Source: Eledone cirrhosa (Eukaryota). Taken from it: 64,000 nucleotides of DNA. Where the stretch lies: assembly GCA_964016885.1 (NCBI GenBank), contig OZ024748.1, positions 30,070,001 through 30,134,000 on the forward strand, in the 5' to 3' direction. The notes below the pieces were generated by a model. The model was not told the origin of the DNA. It worked only from the letters and a program-made list of their open reading frames with translations, and searched no databases. Below, one piece after another: positions 17,701-29,699 of this stretch. Position numbers and translations under genes: made by a program. Position 1 is the first letter of the stretch, and the number at the start of each line of letters is the position of its first letter.

Positions 17701-19900
17701 ATAGCCTCTTTAGTACACATACATATACCCTCTTTAGTAAACATACATATAGCCTCTTTAGTACACATACATATAGCTTCTTTACTACACATACATATAG
17801 CCTCTTTAGTACACATACATATAGCCTCTTTAGTACACACACATATACCTTCTTTAGTACACATACATATAGCCTCTTTAGTACACATACATATAGCTTC
17901 TTTAGTACACATACATATAGCCTCTTTAGTACACATACATATAGCCTCTTTAGTACACATACATATAGCTTCTTTAGTACACATACATATAGCCTCTTTA
18001 GTACACATACATATAGCCTCTTTAGTACACACACATATACCTTCTTTAGTACACATACATATAGCCTCTTTAGTACACATACATATAGCCTCTTTAGTAC
18101 ACATACATATAGCCTCTTTAGTACACACACATATACCTTCTTTAGTACACATACATATAGCCTCTTTAGTGCACATACATATAGCCTCTTTAGTGCACAT
18201 ACATATAGCCTCTTTAGTACACATACATATACCCTCTTTAGTACACATACATATAGCCTCTTTAGTACACATACATATACCCTCTTTAGTACACATACAT
18301 GTTGCCTCTTTAGTACACATACATATACCCTCTTTAGTACACATACATATAGCCTCTTTAGTACACATACATATAGCCTCTTTAGTACACATACATATAA
18401 CCTCTTTAGTACACACACATATAGCCTCTTTAGTACACATACATATAGCTTCTTTAGTACACATACATATAACCTCTTTAGTACACATACATATACCTTC
18501 TTTAGTACACATACATATAGCCTCTTTAGTACACACACATATAGCCTCTTTAGTACATATACATATACTCTCTTTAGTACACATACATATAGCCTCTTTA
18601 GTACACATACATATAGCCTCTTTAGTATACACACATATAGCCTCTTTAGTACACATATATATAGCTTCTTTAGTACACATACATATAGCCTCTTTAGTAC
18701 ACATACTTATAGCCTCTTTAGTACACATACATATACCCTCTTTAGTACACATACATATACACTCTTTAGTACACATACATATAGCTTCTTTAGTACACAT
18801 ACATATAGCCTCTATAGTACACACACATATAGCCTCTTTAGTACACATACATATAGCCTCTTTAGTACACATACATATACCCTCTTTAGTACACATACAT
18901 ATAGCCTCTTTAGTACACATACATATAGCCTCTTTAGTACACATACATATAGCCTCTTTAGTACACATACATATAGCTTCTTTAGTACACATACATATAG
19001 CTTCTTTAGTACACATACATATACCCTCTTTAGTACACATACATATAGCCTCTTTAGTACACATACATATACCCTCTTTAGTACACATACATATAGCCTC
19101 TTTAGTACACATACATATAGCCTCTTTAGTACACATACATATAGCCTCTTTAGTACACATACATATACCCTCTTTAGTACACATACATATACCCTCTTTA
19201 GTACACATACATATAGCCTCTATAGTACAAACACATATAGCCTCTTTAGTATACATATATATAGCTTCTTTAGTACACATACATATAGCCTCTTTAGTAC
19301 ACATACATATAGCCTCTTTAGTACACATACATATACCCTCTTTAGTACACATACATATACACTCTTTAGTACACATACATATAGCTTCTTTAGTACACAT
19401 ACATATAGCCTCTGTAGTACACACACATGTAGCCTCTTTAGTATACATATATATAGCTTCTTTAGTACACATACATATAGCCTCTTTAGTGCACATACAT
19501 ATAGCCTCTTTAGTACACATACATATAGCCTCTTTAGTACACATACATATAGCCTCTTTAGAACACATACATATAGCCTCTTTAGTACACATACATATAG
19601 CCTCTTTAGTACACATACATATACCCTCTTTAGTACACATACATATACCCTCTTTAGTACACATACATATAGCCTCTTTAGTACACATATATATACCCTC
19701 TTTAGTACACATACATATAGCCTCTTTAGTACACATACATATAGCCTCTTTAGTACACATACATATAGCCTCTTTAGTATACATACATATAGCCTCTTTA
19801 GTACACATACATATAGCCTCTTTAGTACACATACATATAGCCTCTTTAGTACACTTACATATAGCCTCTTTAGTACACATACATATAGCCTCTTTAGTAC
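11750..19900. repeat. Higher-order tandem duplication inside the satellite, unit about 4.2 kb (offset 4199 bp)
   Basis: The order of rare variants repeats. ORF-track pairs 12201/16400, 12619/16818, 12746/16945 and 13031/17230 all differ by 4199. Boundaries are approximate. Confidence 0.85.
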
Positions 19901-22900
19901 ACATACATATAGCCTCTTTAGTACACTTACATATAGCCTCTTTAGTACACATACATATAGCTTCTTTAGTACACATACATATAGCTTCTTTAGTACACAT
20001 ACATATAGCTTCTTTATTACACATACATATAGCTTCTTTAGTACACATACATATACCCTCTTTAGTACACATACATATTGCCTCTTTAGTACACATACAT
20101 ATAGCTTCTTTAGTACACATACATATAGCCTCTTTAGTACACATACATATAGCTTCTTTAGTACACATACATATAGCTTCTTTAGTACACATACATATAG
20201 CTTCTTTAGTACACATACATATAGCTTCTTTAGTACACATACATATAGCTTCTTTAGTACACATACATATAGCCTCTTTAGTACACATACATATAGCTTC
20301 TTTAGTACACATACATATAGCCTCTTTAGTATACATACATATACCCTCTTTAGTACACATACATATACCCTCTTTAGTACACATACATAGAGCCTCTTTA
20401 GTATACATACATATAGCCTCTTTAGTACACATACATATACCTTCTTTAGTACACATACATATAGCTTCTTTAGTACACATAAATATACCCTCTTTAGTAC
20501 ACATACATATAGCCTCTTTAGTACACATACATATACCCTCTTTAGTACACATACATATAGCCTCTTTAGTACACATAGATATAGCCTCTTTAGTACACAT
20601 ACATATAGCTTCTTTAGTACAAATCCATATACCCTCTTTAGTACACACACATATAGCTTCTTTAGTACACATACATATAGCCTCTTTAGTACACATACAT
20701 ATAGCCTCTTTAGTACACATACATATAGCCTCTTTAGTACACATACATATACCCTCTTTAGTACACATACATATACCCTCTTTAGTACACATACATATAG
20801 CCTCTATAGTACAAACACATATAGCCTCTTTAGTATACATATATATAGCATCTTTAGTACACATACATATAGCCTCTTTAGTACACATACATATAGCCTC
20901 TTTAGTACACATACATATACCCTCTTTAGTACACATACATATACACTCTTTAGTACACATACATATACACTCTTTAGTACACATACATATAGCTTCTTTA
21001 GTACACATACATATAGCCTCTATAGTACACACACATGTAGCCTCTTTAGTATACATATATATAGCTTCTTTAGTACACATACATATAGCCTCTTTAGTGC
21101 ACATACATATAGCCTCTTTAGTACACATACATATAGCCTCTTTAGTACACATACATATAGCCTCTTTAGAACACATACATATAGCCTCTTTAGTACACAT
21201 ACATATAGCCTCTTTAGTACACATACATATAACCTCTTTAGTACACATACATATACCCTCTTTAGTACACATACATATAGCCTCTTTAGTACACATACAT
21301 ATACCCTCTTTAGTACACATACATATAGCCTCTTTAGTACACATACATATAGCCTCTTTAGTACACATACATATAGCCTCTTTAGTACACATACATATAG
21401 CCTCTTTAGTATACATACATATAGCCTCTTTAGTACACATACATATAGCCTCTTTAGTACACATACATATAGCCTCTTTAGTACACATACATATAGCCTC
21501 TTTAGTACACTTACATATAGCCTCTTTAGTACACATACATATAGCTTCTTTAGTACATATACATATAGCTTCTTTAGTACACATACATATAGCTTCTTTA
21601 TTACACATACATATAGCTTCTTTAGTACACATACATATACCCTCTTTAGTACACATACATATTGCCTCTTTAGTACACATACATATAGCTTCTTTAGTAC
21701 ACATACATATAGCCTCTTTAGTACACATACATATAGCTTCTTTAGTACACATACATATAGCTTCTTTAGTACACATACATATAGCCTCTTTAGTACACAT
21801 ACATATAGCTTCTTTAGTACACATCCATATAGCCTCTTTAGTATACATACATATACCCTCTTTAGTACACATACATATACCCTCTTTAGTACACATACAT
21901 AGAGCCTCTTTAGTATACATACATATAGCCTCTTTAGTACACATACATATACCTTCTTTAGTACACATACATATAGCTTCTTTAGTACACATAAATATAC
22001 CCTCTTTAGTACACATACATATAGCCTCTTTAGTACACATACATATACCCTCTTTAGTACACATACATATAGCCTCTTTAGTACACATAGATATAGCCTC
22101 TTTAGTACACATACATATAGCTTCTTTAGTACAAATCCATATACCCTCTTTAGTACACACACATATAGCTTCTTTAGTACACATACATATAGCCTCTTTA
22201 GTACAAATCCATATACCCTCTTTAGTACACATACATATAGCCTCTTTAGTACACATACATATAGCCTCTTTAGTACACATACATATAGCTTCTTTAGTAC
22301 ACATACATATAGCCTCTTTAGTACACATACATATACCCTCTTTAGTACACATACATGTAGCCTCTATAGTACACACACATATAGCCTCTTTAGTATACAT
22401 ATATATAGCTTCTTTAGTACACATACATATAGCCTCTTTAGTGCACATACATATAGCCTCTTTAGTACACATACATATACCCTCTTTAGTACACATACAT
22501 ATAGCCTCTTTAGAACACATACATATAGCCTCTTTAGTACACATACATATAGCCTCTTTAGTACACATACATATACCCTCTTTAGTACACATACATATAC
22601 CCTCTTTAGTACACATACATATAGCCTCTTTAGTAAACATACATATACCCACTTTAGTACACATACATATAGCCTCTTTAGTACACATACATATAGCCTC
22701 TTTAGTACACATACATATAGCCTCTTTAGTACACATACATATAGCCTCTTTAGTACACTTACATATAGCCTCTTTAGTACACATACATATAGCCTCTTTA
22801 GTACACTTACATATAGCCTCTTTAGTACACATACATATAGCTCTTTAGTACACATACATATAGCTTCTTTAGTACACATACATATAGCTTCTTTATTACA

Positions 22901-25900
22901 CATACATATAGCTTCTTTAGTACATATACATATACCCTCTTTAGTACACATACATATAGCCTCTTTAGTACACATACATATAGCTTCTTTAGTACAAATC
23001 CATATACCCTCTTTAGTACACACACATATAGCTTCTTTAGTACACATACATATAGCCTCTTTAGTACACATACATATAGCTTCTTTAGTACACATACATA
23101 TAGCTTCTTTAGTACACATACATATAGCTTCTTTAGTACACATACATATAGCCGCTTTAGTACACATACATATAGCTTCTTTAGTACAAATCCATATACC
23201 CTCTTTAGTACACATACATATAGCTTCTTTATTACACATACATATAGCTTCTTTAGTACACATACATATAGCTTCTTTAGTACACATACATATAGCTTCT
23301 TTAGTACACATACATATAGCCTCTTTAGTACACATACATATAGCTTCTTTAGTACAAATCCATATACCCTCTTTAGTACACACACATATAGCTTCTTTAG
23401 TACACATACATATAGCCTCTTTAGTACACATACATATAGCTTCTTTAGTACACATACATATAGCTTCTTTAGTACACATACATATAGCTTCTTTAGTACA
23501 CATACATATAGCCTCTTTAGTACACATACATATAGCTTCTTTAGTACAAATCCATATACCCTCTTTAGTACACACACATATAGCTTCTTTAGTACACATA
23601 CATATACCCTCTTTAGTACACATACATATAGTCTCTTTAGTACACATACATATAGTCTCTTTAGTACACATACATATAGCCTCTTTAGTACACATACATA
23701 TAGTCTCTTTAGTACACATACATATAGCTTCTTTAGTACACATACATATAGCCCCTTTAGTACACATACATATAGCTTCTTTAGTACACATACATATAGC
23801 CTCTTTAGTACACATACATATAGCCTCTTTAGTACACATACATATAGCTTCTTTAGTACACATACATATAGCTTCTTTAGTACACATACATATAGCCTCT
23901 TTAGTTCACACACATATACCTTCTTTAGTACACATACATATAGCCTCTTTAGTACACATACATATAGCCTCTTTGATACACATACATATAGCCTCTTTAG
24001 TACACATACATATAGCCTCTTTAGTGCACATACATATAGCCTCTTTAGTACACATACATATACCCTCTTTAGTACACATACATATAGCCTCTTTAGTACA
24101 CATACATATACCCTCTTTAGTACACATACATATAGCCTCTTTAGTACACATACATATACCCTCTTTAGTACACATACATATAGCCTCTTTAGTACACATA
24201 CATATAGCTTCTTTACTACACATACATATAGCCTCTTTAGTACACATACATATAGCCTCTTTAGTACACACACATATACCTTCTTTAGTACACATACATA
24301 TAGCCTCTTTAGTACACATACATATAGCTTCTTTGGTACACATACATATAGCCTCTTTAGTACACATACATATAGCCTCTTTAGTACACATACATATAGC
24401 TTCTTTACTACACATACATATAGCCTCTTTAGTACACATACATATAGCTTCTTTAGTACAAATCCATATACCCTCTTTAGTACACACACATATAGCTTTA
24501 GTACACATACATATAGCTTCTTTAGTACACATACATATACCCTCTTTAGTACACATACATATAGCCTCTTTAGTACACATACATATAGCCTCTTTAGTAC
24601 ACATACATATAGCTTCTTTAGTGCAAATCCATATACCCTCTTTAGTACACACACATATAGCTTCTTTAGTACACATACATATAGCCTCTTTAGTACACAT
24701 ACATATAACCTCTTTAGTACACATACATATAGCTTCTTTAGTACACATACATATAGCTTCTTTAGTACACATACATATAGCCTCTTTAGTACACATACAT
24801 ATAGCCTCTTTAGTACACATACATATAGCCTCTTTAGTACACATACATATAGCCTCTTTAGTACACATACATATAGCTTCTTTAGTACAAATCCATATAC
24901 CCTCTTTAGTACACACACATATAGCTTCTTTAGTACACATACATATACCCTCTTTAGTACACATACATATAGCCTCTTTAGTACACATACATATAGCCTC
25001 TTTAGTACACATACATATAGCTTCTTTAGTACAAATCCATATACCCTCTTTAGTACACACACATATAGCTTTTTAGTACACATACATATACCCTCTTTAG
25101 TACACATACATATAGCTTCTTTAGTACACATACATATACCCTCTTTAGTACAAATCCATATACCCTCTTTAGTACACACACATATAGCTTTAGTACACAT
25201 ACATATAGCTTCTTTAGTACACATACATATACCCTCTTTAGTACACATACATATACCCTCTTTAGTACACATACATATAGCCTCTTTAGTACACATACAT
25301 ATAGCCTCTTTAGTACACATACATATAGTCTCTTTAGTACGCATACATATAGCTTCTTTAGTACACATACATATAGCCCCTTTAGTACACATACATATAG
25401 CCTCTTTAGTACACATACATATAGCCTCTTTAGTACACATACATATACCCTCTTTAGTACACATACATATACACTCTTTAGTACACATACATATAGCTTC
25501 TTTAGTACACATACATATAGCCTCTATAGTACACACGCATATAGCCTCTTTAGTACACATACATATAGCCTCTTTAGTACACATACATATACCCTCTTTA
25601 GTACACATACATATAGCCTCTTTAGTACACATACATATAGCCTCTTTAGTACACATACATATAGCCTCTTTAGTACACATACATATAGCTTCTTTAGTAC
25701 ACATACATATAGCTTCTTTAGTACACATACATATACCCTCTTTAGTACACATACATATAGCCTCTTTAGTAAACATACATATACCCACTTTAGTACACAT
25801 ACATATAGCCTCTTTAGTACACATACATATAGCCTCTTTAGTACACATACATATAGCCTCTTTAGTACACATACATATAGCCTCTTTAGTATACATACAT

Positions 25901-27409
25901 ATAGCCTCTTTAGTACACATACATATAGCCTCTTTAGTACACATACATATAGCCTCTTTAGTACACTTACATATAGCCTCTTTAGTACACATACATATAG
26001 CCTCTTTAGTACACTTACATATAGCTTCTTTAGTACACATACATATAGCTCTTTAGTACACATACATATAGCTTCTTTAGTACACATACATATAGCCTCT
26101 TTAGTATACATATATATAGCTTCTTTAGTACACATACATATAGCCTCTTTAGTACACATACATATAGCTTCTTTATTACACATACATATAGCTTCTTTAG
26201 TACACATACATATAGCCTCTTTAGTATACATATATATAGCTTCTTTAGTACACATACATATACCCTCTTTAGTACACATACATATAGCTTCTTTATTACA
26301 CATACATATAGCTTCTTTAGTACACATACATATACCCTCTTTAGTACACATACATATAGCCTCTTTAGTACACATACATATAGCTTCTTTAGTACAAATC
26401 CATATACCCTCTTTAGTACACACACATATAGCTTCTTTAGTACACATACATATAGCCTCTTTAGTACACATACATATAGCTTCTTTAGTACACATACATA
26501 TAACCTCTTTAGTACACATACATATAGCTTCTTTAGTACACATACATATAGCTTCTTTAGTACACATACATATAGCCTCTTTAGTACACATACATATAGC
26601 CTCTTTAGTACACATACATATAGCCTCTTTAGTACACATACATATAGCCTCTTTAGTACACATACATATAGCTTCTTTAGTACAAATCCATATACCCTCT
26701 TTAGTACACACACATATAGCTTCTTTAGTACACATACATATACCCTCTTTAGTACACATACATATAGCCTCTTTAGTACACATACATATAGCCTCTTTAG
26801 TACACATACATATAGCTTCTTTAGTACAAATACATATACCCTCTTTAGTACACACACATATAGCTTTATAGTACACATACATATACCCTCTTTAGTACAC
26901 ATACATATAGCTTCTTTAGTACACATACATATACCCTCTTTAGTACAAATCCATATACCCTCTTTAGTACACACACATATAGCTTTAGTACACATACATA
27001 TAGCTTCTTTAGTACACATACATATACCCTCTTTAGTACACATACATATACCCTCTTTAGTACACATACATATAGCCTCTTTAGTACACATACATATAGC
27101 CTCTTTAGTACACATACATATAGTCTCTTTAGTACGCATACATATAGCTTCTTTAGTACACATACATATAGCCCCTTTAGTACACATACATATAGCCTCT
27201 TTAGTACACATACATATAGCCTCTTTAGTACACATACATATACCCTCTTTAGTACACATACATATACACTCTTTAGTACACATACATATAGCTTCTTTAG
27301 TACACATACATATAGCCTCTATAGTACACACGCATATAGCCTCTTTAGTACACATACATATAGCCTCTTCAGTACACATACATATACCCTCTTTAGTACA
27401 CATACATAT

Positions 27410-28018
27410 GGTGGCTGCCAACTCGTTTTCGAGTACGGCCACTACTTTATATCCATGTAGGAGAACCCCTACCGATGCGCTGAACGAGTGTGACTTTTTA
27501 GTCTAGCCAGAGACTTGAAAACTCTGGTACAAACACTACACCTGTGACAATTATTGACACATAGTGCTGGGCCCATGGTACCATGTGACGACAAGTGCAG
27601 AGAGATCTCCAGATATAAAGCAATGCCTGTGCCGTGAAGCTTTTATAGTGAGCAAAGGCACTGCACAAAGCCAGTCCCACTCTCTTAACCAAGATGATAT
27701 TTACCAAAAAGAAGAACAAGTCAACATCATTGGATACCATCAGGGTTGCACGTGTTATATCAGAGTTTTCCTTCTCCTAGAATTCTGCCTTGACTAAGGC
27801 TAAAGGGGTCATCTCTCCCGGTGATTTTGGATGGCCATTGACTCTTAAGAGCTCCTTTGCCCTTTGACAGGTTTTGTTTTTAGTCCTGCAGGATGTCCAA
27901 AGTCACCCTCCTCACCAAGAAACCTTGGTGGGGTTGCCAGTTTAGTCGCCAACGACCCGACCATGGGACAGGTTGTACTGGGATACATGTTACCAGTAGC
28001 ACCAACTGGTGACCTGAC
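27410..28018 (-). mobile_element. 609-bp internally deleted non-autonomous retroposon, probably RTE-derived (5' leader fused to 3' end), copy 1
   Basis: On the minus strand it has a hairpin-rich 5' part containing CTAGGAGAAGGAAAACTCTGA, which I recognise as resembling RTE 5' UTRs. This is followed by a C2H2 finger remnant ending in TAG, as at RTE ORF C-termini, and a short 3' UTR with hairpin ACTCG-AAAA-CGAGT. There is no RT or endonuclease. Confidence 0.7.
27469..27576 (-). pseudogene. C2H2 zinc-finger remnant / 35-aa mini-ORF MGPALCVNNCHRCSVCTRVFKSLARLKSHTRSAHR*
   Basis: Manual translation, below the ORF-track size cutoff. It matches C-x2-C-x3-F-x5-L-x2-H-x4-H exactly. Confidence 0.75.
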
Positions 28019-28054
28019 ATATATGGATGTGTACTAAAGAGGGTATATGGATTT
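28019..28054 (-). repeat. Inverted satellite fragment (about 1.5 monomers) at the insert junction, copy 1
   Basis: ATATATGGATGTGTACTAAAGAGGGTATATGGATTT is the reverse complement of AAATCCATATACCCTCTTTAGTACACATCCATATAT. Confidence 0.92.
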
Positions 28055-29699
28055 ACATACATATAGCCTCTTTAGTACACATACATATAGCCTCTTTAGT
28101 ACACATACATATAGCTTCTTTAGTACACATACATATAGTCTCTTTAGTACACATACATATACCCTCTTTAGTACACATACATATAGCCTCTTTAGAACAC
28201 ATACATATAGCCTCTTTAGTACACATACATATAGCCTCTTTAGTACACATACATATAGCCTCTTTAGTACACATACATATAGCCTCTTTAGTACACATAC
28301 ATATAGCCTCTTTAGTAAACATACATATACCCACTTTAGTACACATACATATAGCCTCTTTAGTACACATACATATAGCCTCTTTAGTACACATACATAT
28401 AGCCTCTTTAGTACACATACATATAGCCTCTTTAGTATACATACATATAGCCTCTTTAGTACACATACATATAGCCTCTTTAGTACACATACATATAGCC
28501 TCTTTAGTACACTTACATATAGCCTCTTTAGTACACATACATATAGCCTCTTTAGTACACATACATATAGCTCTTTAGTACACATACATATAGCTTCTTT
28601 AGTACACATACATATAGCTTCTTTATTACACATACATATAGCTTCTTTAGTACACATACATATACCCTCTTTAGTACACATACATATAGCATCTTTAGTA
28701 CACATACATATAGCTTCTTTAGTACAAATCCATATACCCTCTTTAGTACACACACATATAGCTTCTTTAGTACACATACATATAGCCTCTTTAGTACACA
28801 TACATATAGCTTCTTTAGTACACATACATATAACCTCTTTAGTACACATACATATAGCTTCTTTAGTACACATACATATAGCTTCTTTAGTACACATACA
28901 TATAGCCTCTTTAGTACACATACATATAGCCTCTTTAGTACACATACATATAGCCTCTTTAGTACACATACATATAGCTTCTTTAGTACAAATCCATATA
29001 CCCTCTTTAGTACACACACATATAGCTTCTTTAGTACACATACATATACCCTCTTTAGTACACATACATATAGCCTCTTTAGTACACATACATATACCCT
29101 CTTAAGTACACATACACATAGCTTCTTTAGTACACATACATATACCCTCTTTAGTACAAATCCATATACCCTCTGTAGTACACACACATATAGCTTTAGT
29201 ACACATACATATAGCTTCTTTAGTACACATACATATACCCTCTTTAGTACACATACATATACCCTCTTTAGTACACATACATATAGCCTCTTTAGTACAC
29301 ATACATATAGTCTCTTTAGTACACATACATATAGCTTCTTTAGTACACATACATATAGCCCCTTTAGTACACATACATATAGCTTCTTTAGTACACGTAC
29401 ATATAGCCTCTTTAGTACACATACATATAGCTTCTTTAGTACACATACATATAGCCTCTTTAGTAGACATACATATAGCCTCTTTAGTACACATACATAT
29501 AGCTTCTTTAGTACACATACATATAGCCTCTTTAGTACACATACATATAGCCTCTTTAGTACACATACATATAGCTTCTTTAGTACACATACATATAGCT
29601 TCTTTAGTACACATACATATAGCCTCTTTAGTACACACACATATACCTTCTTTAGTACACATACATATAGCCTCTTTAGTACACATACATATAGCCTCT

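Noticed and set aside
27498-27797. ORF-track 80-aa (-) and 77-aa (+) ORFs in the insert, and their copies at 43134-43433
   Set aside because: They have no recognisable motif. The meaningful zinc-finger frame is a different, shorter one.
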